Source of the DNA: Candidatus Dormiibacterota bacterium
GTDB lineage: Bacteria > Chloroflexota > Dormibacteria > Aeolococcales > Bog-877
Reading direction: 5' to 3'
DNA: 55,012 nucleotides
Assembly: GCA_027306655.1 (NCBI GenBank)
Contig: DAHUZL010000053.1
Span: 1-55,012, forward strand
This document shows, one piece after another, positions 36,472 to 45,624 of the stretch (within the stretch, counting starts at the first letter, position 1; every line of letters begins with the position of its first letter). Position numbers and translations under genes: made by a program. The notes under the pieces are model-generated. The model was not told where the DNA came from, did not search any database, and saw nothing but the letters and a program-made list of their open reading frames with translations.

Positions 36472-37443
36472 TCAGTACCCAGCGCCGAGGTCGGCGACGT
36501 TGCGCAGCGGCCGGCCCGCCAGCCGGCGGCGCACCTGCGCCGCGAAGAGGTCGGCGCTCCGCTCGGCGAAGCGGGGCGACGACCAGCTGGTGTGGGAGGT
36601 GACCAGAACCCCCGGGGCCGACCACAGCGGCGACGACGCCGGCAGGGGTTCCTCCTCCAGCGCGTCGAGGTACGCGGCCGCTGGGCGGCCGGCGGCGAGC
36701 CCGCTGAGGAGCGCGGCCTCGTCCACGATCGCACCGCGAGCGATGTTGACCATGACCGACCCCGGGGCCAGAGCCTGCAAGACCCGGGCCCCGACGATGC
36801 CGTGGGTGGCCGCGGTCAGCGGCGCCGCCAGCACCAGCGCGTCGGCGCCGGTACAGATGTCGACCAGGTCGGCCGGACCGACCACCCGCGCCACGCCCGG
36901 GACGCCGCCCCGGCCGGGGTCCCGGCGGACCCCGGCGACGGGTGCGCCGAACGGGACCAGCCGGGCCGCCACCGCCCGGCCGATCGAGCCCAGGCCGAGG
37001 ATGACGACGCGCAGGTCCCCGAGCTCGCGGAGCTCGGGCGAGTGCCAGCGCCGGTCGCGATGCTGGGCGGCGAACGTCAGCAGCCGCTTGGCGTGCGCGA
37101 GCAGGCAGGCCACCACGAACTCCGCGATCGGCACGGCGCTGATCCCGACCCCATCGGTGACGGTGATCCCGGGACGGTCGACCTCCAGGCGGATGCGGTC
37201 GATGCCGGCGGCGCTGGTGTGGACCCAGGTCACCTCGGGGTGGTCCCGGAGGGCACGGCCCAGCGCCGCCGGCTCTCCGAAGCAGTGCCAGATCACGTCC
37301 AGCTGCATCCCCGGGCCGGGCCGCTCCCCGGGCCCGTCCGCGACCAGGGCGAGACGGTCCTCCGGCAGGGCCGCCCGCACCCGCGCCCGCTCATCCGCAC
37401 CGAGATCCCCGACCACCAGGCATCGGAGCGGGCGGGTGGGCAT
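36472..37443 (-). CDS. D-isomer-specific 2-hydroxyacid dehydrogenase family protein
   Basis: NAD fold LRVVILGLGSIGRAVAARL. The context ...NIARGAIVDE...LDALEEEPLP...TSHTS is typical of the family. Confidence 0.8.
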   Translation of the reverse strand: MPTRPLRCLVVGDLGADERARVRAALPEDRLALVADGPGERPGPGMQLDVIWHCFGEPAALGRALRDHPEVTWVHTSAAGIDRIRLEVDRPGITVTDGVGISAVPIAEFVVACLLAHAKRLLTFAAQHRDRRWHSPELRELGDLRVVILGLGSIGRAVAARLVPFGAPVAGVRRDPGRGGVPGVARVVGPADLVDICTGADALVLAAPLTAATHGIVGARVLQALAPGSVMVNIARGAIVDEAALLSGLAAGRPAAAYLDALEEEPLPASSPLWSAPGVLVTSHTSWSSPRFAERSADLFAAQVRRRLAGRPLRNVADLGAGY

Positions 37444-37504
37444 GGGAGGGCTCCTCGGTCCGGTCGCGGCGACGGCGTCGCCGCACCGCCCTCATGATGG
37501 GCCC

Positions 37505-38356
37505 GTGCCGACACTTCCCGGCCCGCTCGCCCGGCCCGACTGGGTCCGCCGCCATTCGGATGACGCCGCGCTGCGGCTGCTCGACTGCCGCTGGACGCTC
37601 GGGGTGGGCGCCCGCGGCGACCGGTACCACGCCGGACACCTGCCCGGGGCGGTCTTCATCGACCTCGACCGCGATCTCGCCGGGCCGCCGGGGGCGGGCG
37701 GGCGCCATCCCCTCCCCGCCCCCGCGGCGTTCCAGTCGGCGATGCGGCGGGCCGGGATCGGCGCCGGGACCGCGGTCGTCGCCTACGACGACGGCACCGG
37801 GGCAGCCGCCCGCTGCTGGTGGATGCTGCGGGCCGCCGGACATGCGGCGGCGGCCGTGCTCGACGGCGGCGTGGCGGCCTGGCTGGAGACGGGGGGGCGG
37901 CTCACGACGGAGGAGCCGCATCCGCCGCCGGGGGGGCTCACCGTCACCGGCTTCGACGGGGCCGTTGCGACCGAGGAGGTGGCTCGGCTGGTGTCCGGCG
38001 CCGGCCGGAACGGGACGCCGGTGCTGGACGCCCGGGCACCGGAGCGCTACCGCGGGGAGGTGGAGCCGGTCGACCCCCGGGCGGGCCACATCCCGGGGGC
38101 CAGGAGCCTCAGCGTCGCCGACCTCTTCCCGGAGGGGCGCCTCCTCGTCGGCCCGGCGCTGCCGGCGCGGATCGCGGCGGCCGGGGTCGGACCCGGCGAC
38201 GCCCCCGTGGTCTACTGCGGCTCCGGGGTGTCGGCCTGCCTGGTGCTGCTGGCCCTGGCCGCGGCCGGCGTCGAGGGGGCCCGCCTCTACCCCGGGTCGT
38301 GGAGCGAGTGGTGCCGGGACCCCGCGCGACCGGTCGCGGTGGGTCCGGAGCCCTGA
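37505..38356 (+). CDS. Thiosulfate/3-mercaptopyruvate sulfurtransferase (tandem rhodanese)
   Basis: Two rhodanese domains with active-site loop VVYCGSGVSAC and HIPGA motifs in both halves. The GTG start at 37505 is inferred: the nearby ATGs at 37494/37497 are out of frame, and the in-frame ATG at 37442 would overlap the divergent gene's start. Confidence 0.75.
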   Translation: MPTLPGPLARPDWVRRHSDDAALRLLDCRWTLGVGARGDRYHAGHLPGAVFIDLDRDLAGPPGAGGRHPLPAPAAFQSAMRRAGIGAGTAVVAYDDGTGAAARCWWMLRAAGHAAAAVLDGGVAAWLETGGRLTTEEPHPPPGGLTVTGFDGAVATEEVARLVSGAGRNGTPVLDARAPERYRGEVEPVDPRAGHIPGARSLSVADLFPEGRLLVGPALPARIAAAGVGPGDAPVVYCGSGVSACLVLLALAAAGVEGARLYPGSWSEWCRDPARPVAVGPEP

Positions 38357-38374
38357 GGCGCCCGGCGCGCCCGG

Positions 38375-39118
38375 CTACCCCGCCCGGTGGACCCGGTGGG
38401 CGGCGGCCTGCTGGCGCGGCCGCAGCACCAGCTCGTCGATGTTGACGTGCGGCGGCCGGGTGACCGCCCAGGCCACGCAGTCGGCGACGTCGTCCGCGGT
38501 CAGCGGCGTCACCCCGCGATAGACCTCCGCCGCGCGCGCCTCGTCACCGAGGAAGCGATTGCGGGAGAAGTCGGTCGCGACCATGCCCGGGTCGATCTCG
38601 GTGACCCGGACCGGACGGTCGACCAGCTCCAGGCGCAGGGTCCGGGTGATCGCGCGGACGGCGTGCTTGGCACTGGTGTAGCCCGCCCCGCCCTCGTAGA
38701 CCTCGAAGCCGGCCACCGAGCCCATGTTGACGATGTGGCCACTGCCGGAGCGCTCCAGCTGAGGCAGCAGCGCCCGCGTCATGCGCACCAGGCCGAGCAC
38801 GTTGACCTCCCACATCCAGCGCCAGTGCTGGTCAGTGATCGCGGTCACCGGATCCCGCCCGCGCGCCCCGCCGGCGTTGTTGACGAGGACGTCCACGGAC
38901 TCCAGCTCCGCCGCGAAGGCGGCGACGCTCTCGGCGTCGGTGACGTCGAGCGCCCGCGCCACCCCGCCCACCTCGTCGGCGACCGCCTCGACCAGGGCGA
39001 GCCGGCGCGCTCCGAGCCAGACCCGGAAGCCGACCGCCGCGAGCCGCCGGGCACAGGCCGCGCCGATCCCGGCGCTGGCGCCGGTGACGACGGCGACCCG
39101 GGCCGTCTCCCCGCTCAC
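38375..39118 (-). CDS. Classical SDR-family oxidoreductase
   Basis: [16 protein letters not shown] and catalytic YTSAKHAV (YxxxK). The GTG start overlaps the upstream gene's stop (GTGA at 39115-39118). Confidence 0.8.
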   Translation of the reverse strand: MSGETARVAVVTGASAGIGAACARRLAAVGFRVWLGARRLALVEAVADEVGGVARALDVTDAESVAAFAAELESVDVLVNNAGGARGRDPVTAITDQHWRWMWEVNVLGLVRMTRALLPQLERSGSGHIVNMGSVAGFEVYEGGAGYTSAKHAVRAITRTLRLELVDRPVRVTEIDPGMVATDFSRNRFLGDEARAAEVYRGVTPLTADDVADCVAWAVTRPPHVNIDELVLRPRQQAAAHRVHRAG

Positions 39119-41211
39119 CGCGCCCCCAGCTGGACGCGCAGCGCCTCGGGGCCGGTCACCGGCAGACCGCAGACGGTCCCCCGGCAGACCAGCGCCGACG
39201 CCACCCCCAGCGCCGGCGCGACTTCCGCCGGGGCCGCGGCCGCCGAGGCGCCGACCGCCGCCCCGGCGGGGACGGCGGCGGGGACGGTGAGGCAGAGCAC
39301 CTGGGGACGGTACCGCTCCCGGACCACGGCCAGCAGGGCGGCGCCGTCGCCGGCGAGCCCGCCGGCGAGGGTGACGGTGACCGGCCCCGCGGCCGCCTGG
39401 TCGTGCGCCTGGAGCAGCCCGCCGAAAGCCAGCGGCACCCGCATCGCGGTCGCCGCCAGGGCGTCGAGCACCGCCCCCGCCGCGTCCATCAGCCCGGGGC
39501 GGCCGAGCAGCACGCCCGCCCGCTGCGCGAACAGCGTCGCCAGGGCGGTGCCGCTCGACACCGCGCCGTCCTCCAGCGATCGGGGGCGGACCGGGAGCCG
39601 CGCGTCGTGGTCCTCGGGGACGTCGAACCACCCCACCCCGGCCCGATCGCGGTAGCGGGGCAGGACCGCCTCCGCCACCCAGGCAAGGTCGTCCAGCCAG
39701 CGCGGGTCGAGGGTGGCCTGGTGGGCGGCGGCCAGGCCCAGTCCGAGGGCGCCGACATCGGCCAGGGTGGCGTCGACCGGGGGGGCCTTCGGGTGCCAGA
39801 GGTGGCGGAGCCGCCCCCCCGGGCGGGCGCGGTCGAGGAGGCACTCCAGCGTCTCCAGGCCCATCCGGAGGTGGTCGGGACGGTCAAGGATCAGGCCGGT
39901 GTCGAGCAGCGCGATCGCCGCCAGGGCATTCCATCCGGTGAGACGGGTGTCGTCGCGCCGGGGCGCGACCCGCCGCGCCCGCACCTCCCGCAACCGCGCC
40001 CGCCAGCGGTCCACCGCCGCCCGCAGCTCGGGTTCCGACCCGCCCAGCCCGGCCGCCACCTCCGCGAGCGGCCGGGGCAGGTGGAGGACGGTGGTCCCAC
40101 CCTCGAAGGTGCCGGCAGCCTCGACCCCGAACACCCGGGAGGCGAGGCTGCCGTCCTCGCGGCCCAGCGCCCGGTCGAGCTGCTCCTGGGTCCAGACGAA
40201 GTACCGCCCCTCCTGGCCCTCGCTGTCGGCGTCGGTGCTGGCGGCGAAGCCCCCGTCCGGGACGGCCAGCTCGGCCAGCCCGTGGTCGATCGTGTCCAGG
40301 GCCACGCGCCGCTCCTCATCGCCTCCGAACACCCGGTGCGCCCGGGCGTAGAGGCTGGCCAGCTGGGCCTGGTCCACCAGCATCTTCTCGAAGTGGGGGA
40401 TCCGCCAGGCCCGGTCGACCGCGTAGCGGTGGAACCCGCCCCCGACCTGGTCGTGGATCCCGCCGTGGGCCATGGCGCCGAGCGCCTGCCGCACCGCCCC
40501 CGCCGCGGTGCGCGGGGCGGACGACGTCGCCCCAGCGTCCGGCTCGGCGGCCGCCCGCCCCAGCAGGAACAGGAGGGCGGGCGCGTTGGGGAATTTGGGC
40601 TGGTCACCGAAGCCGCCGTGAAGCGGGTCAACCCCCTCCAGGAGCCGCGCGGCGGCCCGCTCAGGGACCCCCCGGGCCGCGGCCGGAGCGGCCGGCCCGG
40701 GTCGCGCCGGCAGGGGGGCGGGGGCGAGCGCCGACGTGAGCTGCTCGGCAGCAGCGCGGAGGTCGGCCCGGCGCTCGGACCAGGCGGCGGCGACCGCCTC
40801 CAGGACCCGCGGGAAGCCCGCCATCCCGCCCCGGTCGCGAGGCGGGTAGTAGGTCCCGGCGTGGAAGGGGCGCCCGTCGGGCAGGCAGAAGACCGTCATC
40901 GGCCAGCCGCCACGGCCGGTCATCTGCTGGACCGCGTCCATGTACACGGCGTCGACGTCGGGGCGCTCCTCCCGATCCACCTTGACGCTCACGACCAGGG
41001 CGTTCTGGCGGGCGGCGATCCCGGGGTCCGCGAACGTCTCCCGCGCCATCACGTGGCACCAGTGGCAGGCGGCGTACCCGATGCTGACCAGCAGCGGCCG
41101 GTCCAGCCGCAGCGCCTGGGCGAACGCCTCCTCGCCCCAGGGGTACCAGTCCACCGGGTTGTCGGCATGCTCCCTCAGGTACGCGCTGGCGGAGGCGGCG
41201 AGCCGGTTCAT
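39115..41211 (-). CDS. Thioredoxin-domain protein of the DUF255/YyaL (SPATA20-like) family
   Basis: [13 protein letters not shown]...[15 protein letters not shown] (thioredoxin-like CxxC), followed by a long alpha/alpha-toroid-like region ([17 protein letters not shown]). Start [12 protein letters not shown] at the complement of 41209-41211. Confidence 0.8.
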   Translation of the reverse strand: MNRLAASASAYLREHADNPVDWYPWGEEAFAQALRLDRPLLVSIGYAACHWCHVMARETFADPGIAARQNALVVSVKVDREERPDVDAVYMDAVQQMTGRGGWPMTVFCLPDGRPFHAGTYYPPRDRGGMAGFPRVLEAVAAAWSERRADLRAAAEQLTSALAPAPLPARPGPAAPAAARGVPERAAARLLEGVDPLHGGFGDQPKFPNAPALLFLLGRAAAEPDAGATSSAPRTAAGAVRQALGAMAHGGIHDQVGGGFHRYAVDRAWRIPHFEKMLVDQAQLASLYARAHRVFGGDEERRVALDTIDHGLAELAVPDGGFAASTDADSEGQEGRYFVWTQEQLDRALGREDGSLASRVFGVEAAGTFEGGTTVLHLPRPLAEVAAGLGGSEPELRAAVDRWRARLREVRARRVAPRRDDTRLTGWNALAAIALLDTGLILDRPDHLRMGLETLECLLDRARPGGRLRHLWHPKAPPVDATLADVGALGLGLAAAHQATLDPRWLDDLAWVAEAVLPRYRDRAGVGWFDVPEDHDARLPVRPRSLEDGAVSSGTALATLFAQRAGVLLGRPGLMDAAGAVLDALAATAMRVPLAFGGLLQAHDQAAAGPVTVTLAGGLAGDGAALLAVVRERYRPQVLCLTVPAAVPAGAAVGASAAAAPAEVAPALGVASALVCRGTVCGLPVTGPEALRVQLGAR

Positions 41212-41277
41212 CGTCCCACCGTACCGCACCCCGCGGGCGGCCCCGTCCAGGCGCCCCGCGGATGGGACAATCGCGCC

Positions 41278-42039
41278 GTGCGGGCCCCGGATCCGGCAGC
41301 CGTCCCGGGCGGCCCCCCCCCGCTCCGGGTGGGCACGGCCGCCTTCCTGGACCACCTCGACGCCTGGCTGGCGAGCCGGGGGGAGCTGGAACTGCCGGCC
41401 GACCGCAGCGGCGTGGTGGTGGTGGACATGGTCCACGGCTTCATCGACGAGGGCCCGCTGGCGAGCCCACGCGTCCTTGCCCTGGTCCCGGGGGTGGCCG
41501 ACCTGGTCCGGGGGTTCGCCGCCGCAGGCGGGCGCTGGCTCTGCGTGTGCGAGGACGCGCATCCCCCCGACGCCCCCGAGTTCCAGGCCTTCCCCGCCCA
41601 CTGCCTGGACGGCACCCGGTCCAGCCGCAGCGTACCCGCGATCCAGGCGGCGGCGACGAGCGCGGGACTGGACACCACCTGGATCCGCAAGCCGACCCTC
41701 GCCCCCCAGGATGCGGGGCTGCTGGGGTGGGCGCGCGCCGCCGCGACCGCGCTGGGGCCGGAGCGGGCGCTGGTGGTGGCCGGCGCGGTCACCGACCTCT
41801 GCTGCTACCAGGCCGCGATGGGCCTGCGCCTGTGGGCCAACCGGCCGGCGATAGCCCACGAGCTGGGACCCCTGCGGGTGGTGGTCGGGCTCGACGCGGT
41901 GGCCACCTACGACCTGGCGCCGGAGGCGGCCCGGGCGGCGGGGGCGCTGCCCCACGACGGCGACCTGCACCACGCGGTCTTCGCGCATCACCTCGCCCTC
42001 AACGGGGTCGAGGTCGTGGCCCGTGTCCGCTTCACCTGA
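41278..42039 (+). CDS. Isochorismatase-family cysteine hydrolase (nicotinamidase-like)
   Basis: [10 protein letters not shown] (Asp), [15 protein letters not shown] (Lys) and [10 protein letters not shown] (Cys). The start is uncertain: GTG 41278 or GTG 41329. Confidence 0.65.
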   Translation: MRAPDPAAVPGGPPPLRVGTAAFLDHLDAWLASRGELELPADRSGVVVVDMVHGFIDEGPLASPRVLALVPGVADLVRGFAAAGGRWLCVCEDAHPPDAPEFQAFPAHCLDGTRSSRSVPAIQAAATSAGLDTTWIRKPTLAPQDAGLLGWARAAATALGPERALVVAGAVTDLCCYQAAMGLRLWANRPAIAHELGPLRVVVGLDAVATYDLAPEAARAAGALPHDGDLHHAVFAHHLALNGVEVVARVRFT

Positions 42040-42928
42040 GCCGACTCCGCCGGCGTGGCTGCGCTGGGGGTTCCTCGGCGCCGCCCAGGCGGTTCGCGCG
42101 CTCGGGACCCATCGCTACCGGGTCGCCGACGCGATCGGCAACGCGGCCTTCGCCTGCCAGCCGGCGCGGCGGCGGGAGACCGGGGCGAACTTCCGCCGCG
42201 CCCTGGGGCCGCTCGGCCCGCACGGAGGTCGCCGGCTCGCGGCCGCCAGCTATCGCGCCTACGCCCGCACCGCCGTCGACTTCCTTTACGTTCAGGCGCT
42301 CACCCGCCCGGAGGTGGTGGCGCTGACGCGGGTGGTCGGGCGGGAGCACATGGAGCGCACCGCCCGGAGGGGACGGGGCGGCATCCTGGTCCTGGTCCAC
42401 CACGGGAGCTGGGACGTGGCCGGGGCGGCGGCCACCGCCTACGGATATCCCGCCCGCTCGGTGATGGACGACGGGACCCACCCGCGCCTGACCGCGCTCG
42501 TGGCCTGGACGCGGGCCCGGCTCGGGCTCACCGTCACCACGCCCAGCGACGGCCCCGCGATCCTGCTCCGGACCCTGGCCCGCGGCGGGTGGGTGGCCCT
42601 CCTCGCCGACATCCCCGGTCCGACCCCCGCCGTAACCGTCCCCTTCTTCGGCCGGTCGAGCCGCTTCTCCGCCGCGCCGGGGATGCTCGCCGCCCGCACC
42701 GGCGCCGCGGTGCACGCCGTCACCTGCCACCGGTCCCCCGACGCCCATTACCTGATCGAGATCCATCCCCCGATCCGGGCCGCCCGCGGCGCCGACCCCG
42801 CGGACGCGATCCGGCCGCTCCTACCCATCTTCGAGGCGGCGATCCGGCGGGCGCCCGAGCAGTGGTTCCCGTTCGACCACGACCGCTTCCTGGGCCCACG
42901 GGCGCGCGGTGACCGGCCCGGACGGTGA
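42023..42928 (+). CDS. Lysophospholipid/lipid A-type acyltransferase (LPLAT; HtrB/PatA-like)
   Basis: HX4D motif in [10 protein letters not shown]. The length, the [11 protein letters not shown] tail and its position directly upstream of a GT4 gene resemble the actinobacterial patA-pimA arrangement. GTG start; it overlaps the previous gene by 17 nt. Confidence 0.7.
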   Translation: MSASPEPTPPAWLRWGFLGAAQAVRALGTHRYRVADAIGNAAFACQPARRRETGANFRRALGPLGPHGGRRLAAASYRAYARTAVDFLYVQALTRPEVVALTRVVGREHMERTARRGRGGILVLVHHGSWDVAGAAATAYGYPARSVMDDGTHPRLTALVAWTRARLGLTVTTPSDGPAILLRTLARGGWVALLADIPGPTPAVTVPFFGRSSRFSAAPGMLAARTGAAVHAVTCHRSPDAHYLIEIHPPIRAARGADPADAIRPLLPIFEAAIRRAPEQWFPFDHDRFLGPRARGDRPGR

Positions 42929-44087
42929 GCCGGGCCGGTCCCGAGGCGACGGCCTCACCGTGAGCTGGTTCGGCCACGGCGCCGGCCGGCGGGCGGACGG
43001 GCTCTCCAGCTACTCCGACCAGGTGGTGGGGGGCCTCCAGCGCCGCGGCTGCACGGTCTACTTCCACCACCAGCGGGGGGACGGGACGATCGCCCCGGTG
43101 GACGAGGCCCACCGCACCGGGTGGCCGGGGCGCCGGTTCAAGACGGTCACGGTCGCGGCGCCGGGATTCCGCGCCGCCGCCCTCCGCCGTCTCGCCGACG
43201 AGCGCCCCGACATCGTGCACTGCTCGTTGAGCTTCAGCCTCGCGGACGGGTGGCTGGCGACCGCGGCGCATCGCACGGGGGCGGCGGCGGCGGTGACGTT
43301 CCACCTCCCCCACGGCCGCCGGACGAGCGCTCGCGGGCGGGTGCTGCAGGGGCTCTACCGCTACTGGGCCGGCCGGCTGCGGGGCTACGACCGGGTGATC
43401 GCGTTCACCCCCGAGCAGGTGGAGCGGCTGACGGCGGCGGGGATCCCCGAGGAGCGCTGCAGCGTGATCCCCAACGCGGTGGACACGGCCGCCTTCCACC
43501 CGGGGGCGTCGCAGCTGCGCCGTACCGAGCTGGCCGGCGCCCGCCTGGTGGTCGGGTACCTGGGCCGTCTCGACCCTGAGAAGCGCGTCGCCGCCCTGGT
43601 CGAGATCTTCCTCGCCGCCGGCCTGCCCGCGGACGTGCGCCTGGTGGTGGCGGGGAGCGGCCGCGACCAGGCCCGGGTCCGGGCGGCGGCCGCGCGGTCG
43701 CCGCAGGTGCGCTACCGCGGTCAGCTGGGCACGCCCGCGGCGCGGGCCGACTTCTGGCGCGCGGTGGACGTCTTCTGCCTCCTCTCCACCGCCGAGGGGC
43801 TCTCCCTCGCCCTCCTGGAGGCGATGGCGAGCGGGTGCGCGGTGCTGGCCACGGAGGAGGCGGGGGCGGCGGTGGCCGGCCCCGGGGGCGTGCCCCTCCC
43901 CGCCCGGGGGCTGGGCCCCGCCCTCACCGCGGAGCTCCGCCGGCTCGCCGGCAACCCCCAGGCGGCCGCGGACCTCGGCCGGCTGGCGCGGGCCGAGGCG
44001 GAGCGTCATCATGGGATCGAGGCCATGTTGGATCGGGTCCTGGACGTCTATCGCTCGTTGGCGCACCCCGCCGCCCCGATCCCGTGA
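42909..44087 (+). CDS. GT4-family glycosyltransferase
   Basis: GT-B C-domain with VVGYLGRLDPEKR and the E-x7-E region STAEGLSLALLEAMASG. It overlaps the previous gene by 20 nt. Confidence 0.8.
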   Translation: MTGPDGEPGRSRGDGLTVSWFGHGAGRRADGLSSYSDQVVGGLQRRGCTVYFHHQRGDGTIAPVDEAHRTGWPGRRFKTVTVAAPGFRAAALRRLADERPDIVHCSLSFSLADGWLATAAHRTGAAAAVTFHLPHGRRTSARGRVLQGLYRYWAGRLRGYDRVIAFTPEQVERLTAAGIPEERCSVIPNAVDTAAFHPGASQLRRTELAGARLVVGYLGRLDPEKRVAALVEIFLAAGLPADVRLVVAGSGRDQARVRAAAARSPQVRYRGQLGTPAARADFWRAVDVFCLLSTAEGLSLALLEAMASGCAVLATEEAGAAVAGPGGVPLPARGLGPALTAELRRLAGNPQAAADLGRLARAEAERHHGIEAMLDRVLDVYRSLAHPAAPIP

Positions 44088-44974
44088 TCCGGGCGGCTCG
44101 GACCGCCCTGGTCGTGGACAGCAGCGCCTGCCTGCCGCCGGCCCTCGGCGAGGCGCCCTGGGTGACGGTGGTCCCGATGACCCTGCACGTCGACGGCCGC
44201 GACCTCCGCGACGGCATCGACATCGCCATCGAGGCCTTCTACGCCCGCCTGCGCGGCCCCGGGCCGCTGCCGACCAGCAGCTCGCCCGCCCCCGGCGCCT
44301 ACCTGGAGGCGTTCGGCGGGGCCGACGCCGAGGCCGTCGTCTGCCTCACCATCCCCGAACGCTACTCGATGATGGGGAGGTCGGCCCGGCTGGCGGTGGA
44401 GCTGCTCCGCGAGCGCGACCCGAGCCGCGACGTCCGGGTGGTGGACACCGGGACCGCGGCCGGCGGCTACACGCTGGTGGCAGAGGCCGCCGCCGCCGCC
44501 TGCGCCGCCGGGCTCGGGCCCGACCGGGTCGTCGCCCACACCCAGGCGGTGGCCCGCGGGGCGCAGGTGATCGGCGCCCTGGAGACGCTGCGCTTCCTCA
44601 CCCGCAGCGGACGGGTGCCGGCGATCGCGGCGCTGGGCGGCGATCTCCTGCGGGTCCGCCCGGTCTTCGCCCTGAGCGGCACCGACATCCGCCGTCTGGC
44701 GGTGGTCCGCGGCACGCGCCGGGCGCTCCGCACCATCGCCGAGCAGCTCCGCGCCCTCACCGACGCGACCCGGCCGCTCCGGTTGGCGGTCTTCACCGCC
44801 GGGGCGGCGGAGACGGCCGACGCCCTCGCCGCCGAACTGTGCGCCACCTTCGGCGCGCAGCCGGTCGAGCGCCTCGCGCTGACCCCGGTGATCGCCCTCC
44901 ACACCGGCCCCGGCCTGCTCGGCGCGGCGGCCGTCCCCGACCTGCCCCTGCCGGACCCCGCGCCCCCGCGATGA
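44084..44974 (+). CDS. DegV-family fatty-acid-binding protein (FakB-like)
   Basis: ALVVDSSACLPP...VVPMTLHVDGRDLRDG...TSSSPAPGAYLEAF... is the typical DegV N-terminus. The GTG start overlaps the GT4 stop (GTGA at 44084-44087). Confidence 0.75.
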   Translation: MIRAARTALVVDSSACLPPALGEAPWVTVVPMTLHVDGRDLRDGIDIAIEAFYARLRGPGPLPTSSSPAPGAYLEAFGGADAEAVVCLTIPERYSMMGRSARLAVELLRERDPSRDVRVVDTGTAAGGYTLVAEAAAAACAAGLGPDRVVAHTQAVARGAQVIGALETLRFLTRSGRVPAIAALGGDLLRVRPVFALSGTDIRRLAVVRGTRRALRTIAEQLRALTDATRPLRLAVFTAGAAETADALAAELCATFGAQPVERLALTPVIALHTGPGLLGAAAVPDLPLPDPAPPR

Positions 44975-45624
44975 CCCCGGTCGCCCTGGTCGTCCTGCTG
45001 TTCGCCGGCGCCTACCTCGTGGGCGGCATCCCCACCGGGTGGCTGATGGGCCGAGTGGTCGGCATCGACCTGCGCCGGGTGGGGACGGGCAAGATCGGGA
45101 CCAGCAACCTCTTCCGCAACGCCGGCTGGCTCCCGGCGGCGATCGTCGGGCCGATCCAGTTCGTCCAGGGGCTGCTGCCGGTGCTGGTCGCCGAGCGCGC
45201 CGGCGCCCCTCCGGTGGTGGTGGCGGGCGCCGGCCTCTGCGCGGTCATCGGCAATGGCTGGCCGGCGTACCTGCGCTACCACGGCGGGCGCGGGGTGGCC
45301 ACCGCGACCGGGGTGGTGAGCCTCTGGTGGTGGCCGGGCTTCATCGTCCTGCTCGCCGCCTACCTGCTGGGGTGGCTCTGGCGCCGCCTGCCGGTGGGGG
45401 TCCTGGCCGGCTTCTCCGGGCTGCCCGTGGCCCTCTGGGTGAGCGGCGCCCCCGGGCCGGAGGCGATCGCCGCGGTCGGCCTGCTCGCCTGCATCTGCCT
45501 GCGTCGCCTGGAGGGGTTCGTGGACCAGCCCAAGGGACGGGAGGCGTCCCCCGACGAGTTCTGGCAGCGCATCGTCCACGACCGGCGCCCCGGCCAGACG
45601 CTGGTGGGGCCCCGGAAGCCATGA
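44971..45624 (+). CDS. plsY: Glycerol-3-phosphate acyltransferase PlsY (acyl-phosphate dependent)
   Basis: YLVGGIPTGWLMGR...DLRRVGTGKIGTSNLFRNAG...HGGRGVATATG. The ATG overlaps the DegV stop (ATGA at 44971-44974). Confidence 0.8.
   Translation: MTPVALVVLLFAGAYLVGGIPTGWLMGRVVGIDLRRVGTGKIGTSNLFRNAGWLPAAIVGPIQFVQGLLPVLVAERAGAPPVVVAGAGLCAVIGNGWPAYLRYHGGRGVATATGVVSLWWWPGFIVLLAAYLLGWLWRRLPVGVLAGFSGLPVALWVSGAPGPEAIAAVGLLACICLRRLEGFVDQPKGREASPDEFWQRIVHDRRPGQTLVGPRKP

Noticed and set aside
37442-37504. Three ATG starts were considered for the rhodanese gene: 37494 and 37497 (the MMGPCRHF... ORF, 37494-38522) and the in-frame ATG at 37442.
   Set aside because: ATGs 37494 and 37497 are in a different frame, whose translation is shadow-like. 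ATG 37442 shares the CATG with the divergent dehydrogenase start and would leave no promoter space. GTG 37505 gives the family-typical N-terminus (PTLPGPLARPDWV). The start remains an inference.
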